In this document: one piece after another, positions 27,239-36,490 of the stretch
Numbering within the stretch: position 1 is the stretch's first letter
How the letters are laid out: every line of letters starts with the position of its first letter
Virus record (IMG/VR): IMGVR_UViG_3300017914_001762
Coordinates: 1 to 36,491 of that record
Origin: a virus
Taxonomy: Duplodnaviria; Caudoviricetes
Strand: one strand, 5' to 3'
DNA length: 36,491 nucleotides
The notes under the pieces: generated by a model
Told to the model about the DNA's origin: nothing
The model's database searches: none
The model's input: the letters and a program-made list of their open reading frames with translations, nothing else
Program-made: the position numbers and the translations under genes

Positions 27239-28176
27239 TACTTTTTCTTCCTATCTGCTTCTTGCTCTGTAATCATAACTCCAAAACGTTTTGGATTCTG
27301 ATACACACTTTTAAACCAAATACTTCCTTGTGCATCTAAGTCTGCAACTCTAAAGTGTAAATCGTTTCTTAATCTGTCACCAAAATCTTTTATTGCTCGA
27401 CGTCTTACGTTTTCGTCTTTGTATGCTTCTAATTTTTCTTTTACAAACGGTTGCATAAAATCATAGTCTGCAATATGTGTATGATCCCAACCTTCTAAGT
27501 TTATTAGTGTAACTGCTTCTCTGGCTCCAAGTATTGCCCAATCGCCATACTCTATATCCATACCAACACTACACCATACACTTAAACGTTGTAAGTTCTT
27601 AATGTGATTCTGTTGTAAGAATTTATTCTTAGGGGGAAGTATACCTCTGTCCAATGACATTTTAGTACCTTCTCTAAATCCTGCTCTGTAAGCCTGTTCG
27701 GCAGTTTCGTTAATGCACACATCACTAAACGTGTCTGCCATTTGAAAGTATGTAAGCATCCAACAAAAGTCTACACTATGAGCACCGTCTTCGCTAACAT
27801 CATTCTCATGACTATTCATATTTTGTATGATATGTTTGGGCCATAATTTTAGTCCACCGTTACCATATGCTAAACTGTTTACTACATTATGTCCGCACCA
27901 ACTAAAAATAAAATCTTTTTGTTCTTCTTCATCTATTTCGATAGTTTGTTTAAAGAAGTCTGCATGAACTCTATTATCGCCGTCAACTGTAACAAGCCTG
28001 TGCTTTTCGGCAATCTCACCTGCTTTGTTATGTGCGGCATCAAATCCTTTTACACCGTGTACACGTTTTGCCCATGGGCATTTACTTAACAAGTCTGCCC
28101 AGTTCTTTTCTGCATTTGGTTCATCATAACTGATGTACACTACATCGAAGTCACTAATTGGATAAGTCTTTTTCAT
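27238..28176 (-). CDS. Glycosyltransferase-like protein (GT-A-type, inferred)
   Basis: YISYDEPNA, VHGVKG.DAAH, TVDGDN (DxD), YGNGGLKLW and AGFREG. Paralog of 8892..9563. Confidence 0.55.
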   Translation of the reverse strand: MKKTYPISDFDVVYISYDEPNAEKNWADLLSKCPWAKRVHGVKGFDAAHNKAGEIAEKHRLVTVDGDNRVHADFFKQTIEIDEEEQKDFIFSWCGHNVVNSLAYGNGGLKLWPKHIIQNMNSHENDVSEDGAHSVDFCWMLTYFQMADTFSDVCINETAEQAYRAGFREGTKMSLDRGILPPKNKFLQQNHIKNLQRLSVWCSVGMDIEYGDWAILGAREAVTLINLEGWDHTHIADYDFMQPFVKEKLEAYKDENVRRRAIKDFGDRLRNDLHFRVADLDAQGSIWFKSVYQNPKRFGVMITEQEADRKKK

Positions 28177-28744
28177 TTTCTACTTCCCTATATGCAACAA
28201 AACTGTTTAAGTCTTGTTCCGTTAATATTTCGCAACTATCGATATTTTTATATGGTGGAATATGATAGCCTTCATCTGTTGCATTATGTAAAACTATTTC
28301 TGCAAGTTTTCTCATATATTGTCCTTGTGGTACTACAAATATTCTTTTTGGTGCTGGTAATTGATTAGCCACTTTTATTTTTAGTGTACGTTCGTCTTTT
28401 ACAAATTGTAAAGTTACTAATCTATTTTTAACCCATAACCTTGAATCTAATTTTGGTATGTTAATATTTTTCTTACTATTATCAGCACTAATATCTACAA
28501 TAGTAACTGGATTAGTTGTTGAATCCACAACAAAATTATGTATATTACTATTCTGTAATTCTAAAAACTTTTCTTTATTGATAAATGTATGATGTTCTTT
28601 TTTATGTTCTTCGATGGGTAACGAAGACATACCTAAAACTTTACCAAGCATATCGTAATATAGATAAAATTTCTTTTCTTCTTTGTTTGGTTGCACACTG
28701 CCAAACTTTTCAGACATTAGTTTGTTTAGTTCATTTATATCCAT
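28154..28744 (-). CDS. Hypothetical protein (196 aa)
   Basis: Coupled to both neighbours; no motif recognised. Confidence 0.7.
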   Translation of the reverse strand: MDINELNKLMSEKFGSVQPNKEEKKFYLYYDMLGKVLGMSSLPIEEHKKEHHTFINKEKFLELQNSNIHNFVVDSTTNPVTIVDISADNSKKNINIPKLDSRLWVKNRLVTLQFVKDERTLKIKVANQLPAPKRIFVVPQGQYMRKLAEIVLHNATDEGYHIPPYKNIDSCEILTEQDLNSFVAYREVENEKDLSN

Positions 28745-29607
28745 TATACGCCTACTTGTTTTTCTAATTTACTTATTAGTTCATCAGTACACCAAGTTTT
28801 GTCAACATAATGTACAGGCTTTGTTTGATAGTAGTTATTAATCCACAAACCTTCGTTATTATATTGTCCATCTAAAAATTCAACCCACGGACTATCATCT
28901 ACTGTATAGTTTAATAGTCCTTGACATTTACTTTTCATATGTACAAAACTAAAACTTTTAGGTGGTCTAACTTTATCTTGCCATCCTAATAATCTAATTG
29001 CCATGCCATATACTTCATCAGTATATGCAACGTCATTGCCTTGTACTCTCATAAACTCGTTTGCATATTTTTCCCAGTGTCTGTAAATATCTTCAACTTG
29101 GTTGTAGAACGTTAGTGCTTCATCGCATTTACGAAAATAAGTTAAGGCACTATAGGCATTATAAAAGTTGTTGGCTTTGAATGCTCTTCTATAATATAAG
29201 TCGTCGCCAACTACATCTCTAAATGTATGAACAGTATCACATATAGCAACACCAAAGTTTCTGGCTTTCATTGCCTCCCAATAATAATTTACATCAACTG
29301 TAAATAGCATATCGGCATCAAGTTTAATTGTTTCATCATACGGTGTCATATGATAAACTTTCCATTCGTTTTGTAACTTCCAGTTATGCATTATTGCTTC
29401 ATCTGTCCAGGGGATAATCTCAACATTGAAGATATCTAAATAATGCTTGGGCAACTGCTTCAAATCTTCTTCAGTCATACCTACTGTTAAATCTGTAGGA
29501 CCTACGTTTTGGCTTGCTTTTAAACTTAATGCCAGTGCATATGCCATCCGGGGATAATCCCCAAACTTTTTACTGTACTGTGCGAAAGTAAAATATCCTT
29601 TGCTCAT
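28744..29607 (-). CDS. GT-A (GT8-like) glycosyltransferase
   Basis: A.ALALSLK, TPYDETIKLDADML (DxD), YF.K, TDE and HMK. Confidence 0.7.
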   Translation of the reverse strand: MSKGYFTFAQYSKKFGDYPRMAYALALSLKASQNVGPTDLTVGMTEEDLKQLPKHYLDIFNVEIIPWTDEAIMHNWKLQNEWKVYHMTPYDETIKLDADMLFTVDVNYYWEAMKARNFGVAICDTVHTFRDVVGDDLYYRRAFKANNFYNAYSALTYFRKCDEALTFYNQVEDIYRHWEKYANEFMRVQGNDVAYTDEVYGMAIRLLGWQDKVRPPKSFSFVHMKSKCQGLLNYTVDDSPWVEFLDGQYNNEGLWINNYYQTKPVHYVDKTWCTDELISKLEKQVGV

Positions 29608-30437
29608 GAATAAATCTCCATAAACTTATCATAGTTTCTTTCTATTTCATGCTTGTTTAAACAATGTACATTTGTATCTTTTAATAATACAGGAATAGTT
29701 TCTGTATTAAGAATAATTTTTCCTTTTGCAACATCTAATATATGTTCCATATTAAAACTATTAATTTGTCTTACTGGTAATGGTTTTATATAATCATCTC
29801 TAAACCCGCCTACAATATGACTAGCAATCGCGGCAGTTATATCATTACGATAATATGAATATGGAACTCTAAATGATTTTCTATAAAAATCATAATTCTC
29901 TTTTACATACTTTGCAACATCAAACCATTCTTGTGTTTGTTTACATTTACGAAAATACATAACAGTAAACCAATGTACTTTAGGAAAGCCATCTTCTATT
30001 ACTAATTCATAAATATGTTGTTGATGTTTTGCAGGTATACGAGTATGTGTGTTCATTAGCATAGAAGCAGTATTACCCCATACAGAATTTAACACATCAT
30101 TTTGTATTAGATAATCACTATCGATTAATAGTGTTTCTTCAAAAGGTGAGACATCGTAAGCAGTTAATCTATCAAGATTGTGCCAACTTACTTTTTTAAA
30201 TTTACCGTCAATGTATATTGGTCTAGTATTAATCTCTTCAACTTTTTCTTTCCAGTCTACAACATAATCAAACAAACTAACATCTTCTTGTAATTCGTCC
30301 TTAGGCGTAACTAATGCTACTGGGACGTTTAAAAAATGTTTTGCAAGTGTCGCCGATACTTTAGCCTGTTTTATATAGTTAAAGTCTGGATTGTTTTTAG
30401 CAAAGAGAAGAACACCTTTATTCTTCTGTGAAGTCAT
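29604..30437 (-). CDS. GT-A (GT8-like) glycosyltransferase
   Basis: SPFEETLLIDSDYL (DxD), MYFRK, RND and H..NK. Tandem paralog of 28744..29607. Confidence 0.7.
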   Translation of the reverse strand: MTSQKNKGVLLFAKNNPDFNYIKQAKVSATLAKHFLNVPVALVTPKDELQEDVSLFDYVVDWKEKVEEINTRPIYIDGKFKKVSWHNLDRLTAYDVSPFEETLLIDSDYLIQNDVLNSVWGNTASMLMNTHTRIPAKHQQHIYELVIEDGFPKVHWFTVMYFRKCKQTQEWFDVAKYVKENYDFYRKSFRVPYSYYRNDITAAIASHIVGGFRDDYIKPLPVRQINSFNMEHILDVAKGKIILNTETIPVLLKDTNVHCLNKHEIERNYDKFMEIYS

Positions 30438-30777
30438 ATTCTACTAACTCTTTGACTGTTCTTGCTTTTCTTATTCTACGCATCTCTGCTAATGCTTGGT
30501 TTTGCTCTTGAGCATATTTTTCCATGCATTGTTTTTTGAATTCTTTTACGTTAGTAATTTCTGTTGGATTGTCGTTCATGTCATTAATGACAGCAGTGTC
30601 ATAACCAGAACGTTCTAAGAGATCTAAGAAGTTTAGAAGCTCACTGTTGATCAAAAACAGTCCGCCCAGGTGACCTACCGTGAGCTTCTCTTTGACTACT
30701 TCTTTCAATAACTGTATTTGATTTTGTTGAACAGCAATATACTTTGATTTGTCGAATATTGAATCTATATTTTTCAT
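30418..30777 (-). CDS. Hypothetical protein (119 aa), first gene of the cluster
   Basis: AGGA Shine-Dalgarno upstream; overlaps the next gene. Confidence 0.8.
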   Translation of the reverse strand: MKNIDSIFDKSKYIAVQQNQIQLLKEVVKEKLTVGHLGGLFLINSELLNFLDLLERSGYDTAVINDMNDNPTEITNVKEFKKQCMEKYAQEQNQALAEMRRIRKARTVKELVEYDFTEE

Positions 30778-30789
30778 CTTGTTTCCTAT

Positions 30790-30819
30790 AAAAATAGTAG
30801 AGTGTTACTCTACTATTTT
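30790..30819 (-). terminator. Putative intrinsic terminator (perfect 13-bp inverted repeat)
   Basis: AAAATAGTAGAGT-gtt-ACTCTACTATTTT, with T-runs available in either direction. Lies between the structural genes and the enzyme cluster. Confidence 0.65.
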
Positions 30820-30843
30820 ATATTATAGGGGATAAAAAGTCAA
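30815..30843 (-). promoter_or_regulatory. Putative sigma70-type promoter
   Basis: Minus strand reads TTGACT (30843-30838) - 17 nt - TAAAAT (30820-30815), 37 nt upstream of ATG 30777. Confidence 0.6.
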
Positions 30844-30858
30844 TCTAATTTTTATAAA

Positions 30859-31779
30859 TTAGAATCCTGATACTTGTGTAATTGTTGGAGTTGCTGGTGC
30901 GTATTGTGTTGATTTTCTAAAACCTACACTTACAGCCGTTCCACTTGATACTGTATCAGCAGTACTTGGTGCTGTTGCAACGTGTTGGTCAACAAGACTG
31001 ATGTTAAAGTATACTCTATGGTTAGTAGTATCAATCTTTGCTGTCACAGACACGTCGTTGGCACCGTAAGCGCCACCACCAATGTTAGTACCTGTAAACA
31101 TTGCCTGGTAACTACTTGTTAATGAAGTGTAACCAAGTGATGCAATAGTACCAGATGAACCAGTTCTACTGATTGCACCTTTTTCTAATTTCAATGTACC
31201 GATTTTATTATTAAAAATGTCTCTCCAGTCATTATCTTGTGCTGAAGAACCATTTGGATGTTGGAAAGTTAAGTGAACTTCACCACCAGCATTGAAAAAA
31301 CCGTCTGCGTGTGTTTGACTTGTAAATTGTACATAAACTTCTGCATCGATTGTATCTGTTGATGGGTTACCCCAAGTACTACCTCTAGTACTTGCAGTTG
31401 CACCTGCAACTGTTGTTTGCTCACTTGCGTCAACGTTTGCTTTGTTTGTATTAATATCTGCTACTGCTTGTGATAAGTTAAGTGTACCAGAACCTGCTGT
31501 ACTTCCATCTAAGGCTTCAATTGTGTCACCTACTGCTGGGTTTGTACCTGGCAAGTTAACTGTAGTACCTTGGTGTGTTGCCGCTTTTTTAACTGCGTCA
31601 ATCAACGATGCCCAAGAACTAGCACTTACTGTAGCACTTGCACTTACTGTTGAAAGTGCAGAGTCGCCGTAGCCGTCGCCACTTTGATAAGAAGCACTTG
31701 GACCTACTACACTGTTAACCGTGTTAACGAAACCGTTGTAGTCCGCGGCTAAAATAGTATTACCTGAACTATATGTCAT
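30859..31779 (-). CDS. Virion structural protein (tail-associated, inferred)
   Basis: Very rich in Ser/Thr/Gly/Ala, FFNAGG motif, located downstream of tail-fibre genes. Confidence 0.65.
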   Translation of the reverse strand: MTYSSGNTILAADYNGFVNTVNSVVGPSASYQSGDGYGDSALSTVSASATVSASSWASLIDAVKKAATHQGTTVNLPGTNPAVGDTIEALDGSTAGSGTLNLSQAVADINTNKANVDASEQTTVAGATASTRGSTWGNPSTDTIDAEVYVQFTSQTHADGFFNAGGEVHLTFQHPNGSSAQDNDWRDIFNNKIGTLKLEKGAISRTGSSGTIASLGYTSLTSSYQAMFTGTNIGGGAYGANDVSVTAKIDTTNHRVYFNISLVDQHVATAPSTADTVSSGTAVSVGFRKSTQYAPATPTITQVSGF

Positions 31780-31813
31780 TGTTAATATCCCCTATATATA
31801 AGTTAGTCGTTTG

Positions 31814-33286
31814 TTAATTAACCTTAACGAAGCACTCTACAAGTCCCTCGTTACTAGTATATTTATTTTCAAGTGCTCTACCGACTACATTAAAGGCTGT
31901 AATTTCGTCCTGACTACCGGCTCTTGCTAGTCCATTACCTGCACTAACTAATCTATCACCTTTACGCACCTCGCCAATTACTCTTACAGGAACTCTTCCT
32001 GAAATAGCAATAGCAGGGTGTGTATCGTTGTCACCTGCACCGGCATTCATTAAGTATGCCGCTCTAGAACTGATTACGCCAAAAACGTTTTCAGTATTTT
32101 CTTCATTTACTTGAGTAATTTCTTCTGCACCACCTAGTGCCATTAGTGTACCCGGTGTATATACGTTGTCAGCCGCAAAGCGTTCTGCCAAGTCAGCATA
32201 TTGTGCCGATGTACTTTGTCCACTAAATGTAGTTGCATGAATTTCTGCAAATTTCACTGTGCTTGAACCTAAATCATGTGTGTTATCTGTATCAGGTAGA
32301 ATGTCGCCAGTGATAGTATTACTACCGTCTCTTGCTAATCCACTTGATGAACCTAATTGTGCATCAACATAGGCTTTAGTTGCAACACCTAAGTTTTGTG
32401 TTGGGTTTGCTAAAACTAAAACTTCACCAGTTGCACCATCAACAGTAATACCTGCTTTTGCTACACCGCCGTCGTTAACACCTAATATTAAGTCACCGTC
32501 TGATGTTACGTTTTTAATTGTTACATCAGAACCACTAACACTAACATTTAAGTCATTGTCTGCACCAACTGTAAATGCGTTAGTATCTACTGCTACTGCC
32601 AATGAAGCAGAAGTTGAATCTGCTTGATCAGAACGTAGATAGTTTGCCGCGGCTACACCGCCTAATGCATCTGAATCAGTTGCTGTTCCGTTTAATTTGT
32701 TGTTTGAAATATCGCTACTTAGATTATATCCTGGTGCGATACTTGAGAATCCTGTAATTGCTGGACTTGGTGTAAATGATGCATCTTTTGATACGATTGC
32801 AACAATCACATCTGAGATCATAATTTTTACACAAACGTGGTCATTTGCACCATCGCTGATTGTTTCAACGATAGGACCACTTTGTCCTGAACCAGAACTG
32901 AACGCTGGACCAACTAGTGTCCAACTTGAACCGTTCCATATTTTTAACTGCGAGTTACCAGTGTCCCACCATAGGTCACCAACTACGCCACCTGTTGGTG
33001 CAGATGAACTAGCAGTAGATGAACTAACAGTTTTAAAGGCAGTGCCTGTGTATACTTTTAATAAATTACCTGTAGTGTCCCACCAAAGTTGTCCTGCCAG
33101 CGGAGTAGTTGGAGCACTAGTCGCCGCAAAGTTCTCTAGTAGGTGTACAAAGTTCTCGTTTAACGCATCTCCGTACCCACTATAGTTTTTACCAATAAGT
33201 GTCAAATCAGTAGATGAACTGTCAATAGTACCGTCATTAACTGTTGCTAATACTGATCCACTTGTTTTTTGAATTGTATAGGCCAT
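31814..33286 (-). CDS. Tail fibre protein with C-terminal intramolecular-chaperone-like domain
   Basis: N-terminal L.LIGKNY.GYG...NENF..LLENFA, repeated G.LWWDT....LK.., ATKAYVD, and C-terminal AQYADLAE...GRVPVRV.G.V.KGD. Confidence 0.78.
   Translation of the reverse strand: MAYTIQKTSGSVLATVNDGTIDSSSTDLTLIGKNYSGYGDALNENFVHLLENFAATSAPTTPLAGQLWWDTTGNLLKVYTGTAFKTVSSSTASSSAPTGGVVGDLWWDTGNSQLKIWNGSSWTLVGPAFSSGSGQSGPIVETISDGANDHVCVKIMISDVIVAIVSKDASFTPSPAITGFSSIAPGYNLSSDISNNKLNGTATDSDALGGVAAANYLRSDQADSTSASLAVAVDTNAFTVGADNDLNVSVSGSDVTIKNVTSDGDLILGVNDGGVAKAGITVDGATGEVLVLANPTQNLGVATKAYVDAQLGSSSGLARDGSNTITGDILPDTDNTHDLGSSTVKFAEIHATTFSGQSTSAQYADLAERFAADNVYTPGTLMALGGAEEITQVNEENTENVFGVISSRAAYLMNAGAGDNDTHPAIAISGRVPVRVIGEVRKGDRLVSAGNGLARAGSQDEITAFNVVGRALENKYTSNEGLVECFVKVN
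31860..31867 (-). promoter_or_regulatory. Possible late promoter (AATAAATA)
   Basis: Same core as 33309 and 36281. Lies within the 3' end of the tail-fibre gene, about 80 nt upstream of ATG 31779. Confidence 0.35.
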
Positions 33287-33308
33287 TTTTTATTGCTCCA
33301 ATTTAATG

Positions 33309-33320
33309 TATTTATTCATT
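33309..33320 (-). promoter_or_regulatory. Putative T4-type late promoter (AATGAATAAATA)
   Basis: Intergenic, 22 nt before ATG 33286, followed by a GGAG Shine-Dalgarno. Identical 12-mer at 36281-36292. Confidence 0.6.
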
Positions 33321-33338
33321 TTTTAATATATCCACATA

Positions 33339-34007
33339 TTAACTTATAGTACTTAGATTGGTTAATGTTTGAATTCTAACTGTATAATCTATCTGAATCA
33401 GTCTGTTTAGGGACTTTTGTACTGGGTGAAATACAACATGAGTTAATAATTTACCCGTTCCTACAGTTCCGTTCCAAGATTTTAGTCCTAATTCGTCGAA
33501 TACGTAGGTACTTTCAAAGTTACTTGCATTATCAAATGCGGCTTGCCCACTTGGCTCACCGTAGTCTAATAAGCAACTAACAACGATATCTGTGTAAACC
33601 AAACTACTTGTATGGCTTACCTGCATTTTATTTCTTACTGGATCAGTGTTTAAACTACTAGTATCATCAACTACTTTATAGTAAGTTGGATTATACAAGT
33701 TCGCACTTTGTCCAGTATTATTGGCTGGTAAGTATGTGATAACACCTGTTGGGTCAACACTAGTACCACCATTACCAAAGTGCATTTCATGGATGAAGCC
33801 ATTAGTTTTATTTGCCAGACAAAGTGCAAGTGCCTCACTCATATTTTCGTAATGAATAGCATTACGTTTGTTTACAAATACTTCGCCACTTTCAGGATCA
33901 AAAATCTTAATGTGTCCTTGTACCTGAACTCCGCCTTTTTCATCTGGTTGCTTCATTTCTTTAATCTCTTTTTCTTTTTCGTTTTTATTTTGTTCTTCTT
34001 TTTTCAT
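33339..34007 (-). CDS. Virion structural protein (baseplate/tail-fibre attachment, inferred)
   Basis: Lies between two tail-fibre genes. G.IKI.D, MHFGNGG, FDELGL and LLTHVVFHPVQKS.NR...I.Y pattern. Confidence 0.6.
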   Translation of the reverse strand: MKKEEQNKNEKEKEIKEMKQPDEKGGVQVQGHIKIFDPESGEVFVNKRNAIHYENMSEALALCLANKTNGFIHEMHFGNGGTSVDPTGVITYLPANNTGQSANLYNPTYYKVVDDTSSLNTDPVRNKMQVSHTSSLVYTDIVVSCLLDYGEPSGQAAFDNASNFESTYVFDELGLKSWNGTVGTGKLLTHVVFHPVQKSLNRLIQIDYTVRIQTLTNLSTIS

Positions 34008-34009
34008 CT

Positions 34010-36253
34010 TTATATTTTTAACATAATTTCTACTAGTTTGTCAACAGTTTCGCTTCTTGTTTCTAAAGCAATACCTACCATTGGACCGTTACCATTCATA
34101 CTAACTTTACCATCAGCGATAGCATATACAGGTTGACCTTTTGTACAAGGACCTGTACAAGTAACTGGTACACGACCAATTAATGCTACTGGCATACCTT
34201 CTGCTTCACTATTCATTAAGTAAGCAGGGTTAGTAGAAATTACACCAGCAATAAATTCATCGCCTGGTTGATACTTTCTAATTTCTTCGTCGCCGCCGAT
34301 TACTACAACATCACCTGGCTGTACACTTTCATCATTTTTATAAATTTCAGCCAAGTCAGCATACTGAGCCTGTGTAGCCGTTCCGCTAAATGTACCACCA
34401 CTTAAAACATCTGTGCCTGGATTATATTGTAAATTTGTGTTTACATAGATGTCTTCATCGCCAGATGTAGCATCAACAAACGTTACATAATGTGCCGCTG
34501 AAGTACTAGTTGCTTGAATATTTATCTTGTCAGCATTTGTGGCATCTGTAGCCGAAGCGGCGTTAGTGGCATTTGCTACAGTTCCAGTTAAATTAAGTGT
34601 TACTGTATTATTAGTAATTGTACTTTCAATATTTGTACCACCCGCGATTGTTAAATTATCTGTTCCAACTGTAACTGTGTCATTTGCTCCTACGTCACCT
34701 GCAATAGTTAATACTGAACTCAATCCAGAAACTTGTGAATCAACATATGCCTTTGTTGCCGCATCTTGAGCCGCAGTAGGATCACCCATGCCTGAAACTT
34801 TATTTGTACCCATTGCAATACCACCTGACATTGTTCCACCTGCTAATGGAAGTTTTGCATCAAGTTGTGTTTGGATTGAACTAGTTACACCATCTACATA
34901 ACCTAATTCAGTATATGTTAGTGTACTAGGTATTCCATCTAATACATTTAATTCTGTTGCTGTTGCAGTTACACCTAATCCAGTTAACGACGCTGAACTT
35001 TCATTAACAAAAGTTAAAACACCATTACCGTCTGTTTTTAAAATTTGGTTTGCACTACCATCAGCAGTTGGGAAACTGTAAGCACCGTTAATATTAAGTG
35101 TACCTGTTGTTTGTACACCTGTATTAGTAGTTTCAAATTTCTTACCTTTATAACTTGAAGTGTTGTGATAAATTTCTGTTGCACCAGTTTCATATGCTTT
35201 AAGATAATTGTCAACACCGCCTGGCGTTTCAAGAACCATAGTAGAACTTTGTAATCTTAAACTACCTGTTCCGCCATCTCTAATAAAACTGTGATTACCG
35301 TTGTGATAAATTCTTAAATCTCTAGCACTACCAAAGTTTGCTTCGGCATTGTCCGCAAATTCTATTCGGTCATTTGAACTATCCCAAACTGCATTTGCTG
35401 AAGCGCCTGTTAGTGTAAAGTCTCCTGCTATAGTAACATTGTTCGGTAAGCCAATTGTAACTGTATCATTTGTTACTGTTGTTTCAATTTCATTTGATGT
35501 TCCTGCAAACGTTAAAGTTCCACCAGTTGTGTATGCGTCAGTTCCAGTATCGCCTGCTAAATTAATTGTTGAACTAACTCCGGATAATTGTCCATCTACA
35601 TAACCTTTAGTAGCCGCATCGGCTGTTTGTGTTGGTGTAGCAATATTAATAATTTTTTGATTTTTATTATCAACATCTGCACTTGGATTCCAACTAATAT
35701 CAATTGTATTGTTACTGGTGTTTGCGTCAACATCGATTGCTGTATCAATTGTTCTAATTGTATTGAATTCTAAATTAATACCTACTTTTTGTTTAAAGAT
35801 ATCTCTACCTGTACCAACATTACTACCTGTGTTTGCTTCACCACCTGAGGCACCTGGTGCCGCCATTGGTTTCCATGTACTGCCGTCCCAAGTTAAAACA
35901 TCACTTGTATTAGGTGTATCATTATTAACATTACTTAAACCACTAATTGCTGTAGCACTAATTCTTGTATCTACTAAACTGTTAGAGTAGTATAAGTTTG
36001 TTGAACCTTGTGTTAAATCATCTGTAGTAGCCGCCGCTATTCTGGCATCTGCTCTTGCATCTGTATAATATAGATTAGAACTACCTTCATTAATATTATC
36101 AGTTGTAATAGTAATATTTCCAGATAGTCCGTTAACGGCTGTAACGTTAGTATTTTCAATCGTAGTTACACGTGAATTTAAGTCAGTAAAGTTACCGTCT
36201 AACTCTTCAAAAGTTAGTGGTGTACTTTTTGTATTACGAAGTGTTATAGCCAT
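34010..36253 (-). CDS. Long tail fibre protein with C-terminal intramolecular-chaperone-like domain
   Basis: N-terminal PLTFEELDGNF, repeats of TTD.(I/L)..GS.NLYY, two DAATK.YVD modules, and C-terminal AQYADLAE...GRVPV. Confidence 0.8.
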   Translation of the reverse strand: MAITLRNTKSTPLTFEELDGNFTDLNSRVTTIENTNVTAVNGLSGNITITTDNINEGSSNLYYTDARADARIAAATTDDLTQGSTNLYYSNSLVDTRISATAISGLSNVNNDTPNTSDVLTWDGSTWKPMAAPGASGGEANTGSNVGTGRDIFKQKVGINLEFNTIRTIDTAIDVDANTSNNTIDISWNPSADVDNKNQKIINIATPTQTADAATKGYVDGQLSGVSSTINLAGDTGTDAYTTGGTLTFAGTSNEIETTVTNDTVTIGLPNNVTIAGDFTLTGASANAVWDSSNDRIEFADNAEANFGSARDLRIYHNGNHSFIRDGGTGSLRLQSSTMVLETPGGVDNYLKAYETGATEIYHNTSSYKGKKFETTNTGVQTTGTLNINGAYSFPTADGSANQILKTDGNGVLTFVNESSASLTGLGVTATATELNVLDGIPSTLTYTELGYVDGVTSSIQTQLDAKLPLAGGTMSGGIAMGTNKVSGMGDPTAAQDAATKAYVDSQVSGLSSVLTIAGDVGANDTVTVGTDNLTIAGGTNIESTITNNTVTLNLTGTVANATNAASATDATNADKINIQATSTSAAHYVTFVDATSGDEDIYVNTNLQYNPGTDVLSGGTFSGTATQAQYADLAEIYKNDESVQPGDVVVIGGDEEIRKYQPGDEFIAGVISTNPAYLMNSEAEGMPVALIGRVPVTCTGPCTKGQPVYAIADGKVSMNGNGPMVGIALETRSETVDKLVEIMLKI

Positions 36254-36280
36254 TGTTAAATAATTCCTGCTTTATATGTT

Positions 36281-36292
36281 TATTTATTCATT
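36281..36292 (-). promoter_or_regulatory. Putative T4-type late promoter (AATGAATAAATA)
   Basis: 27 nt before ATG 36253, followed by an AGGA Shine-Dalgarno. Identical to 33309-33320. Confidence 0.6.
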
Positions 36293-36490
36293 AATTTTTA
36301 CATAGTTTTCGTCAACATATCCAGTTGCTACATATCTACCACTTTGGTCAAAATTCACTGCCACAAGCGGTGTAGTACCCTTACATTCATTAAGGAATTT
36401 AGCCTGTTGCGGGGTTTGATACTGTATACTTTGTGTATCTGCTGGCGTATACCATATATTACTGTGTCCGTCTATAATTTCTTGTCTACT
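36284..36490 (-). CDS. 3' end of a gene truncated by the window edge (probably structural)
   Basis: Open frame ...SRQEIIDGHSNIWYTP...QQAKFLNE...GYVDENYVKINE* running off the window. Confidence 0.7.
   Translation of the reverse strand, partial: SRQEIIDGHSNIWYTPADTQSIQYQTPQQAKFLNECKGTTPLVAVNFDQSGRYVATGYVDENYVKINE

Noticed and set aside
750-30777. Cellular LPS/capsule locus
   Set aside because: No Wzx/Wzy/ABC export or chain-length genes; contiguous with phage tail genes and organised like a phage operon.
1507-35990. Plus-strand ORFs in the track from 1507 onward, and minus-strand 35038..35232
   Set aside because: All overlap well-supported minus-strand genes and have no motifs; treated as shadow ORFs.
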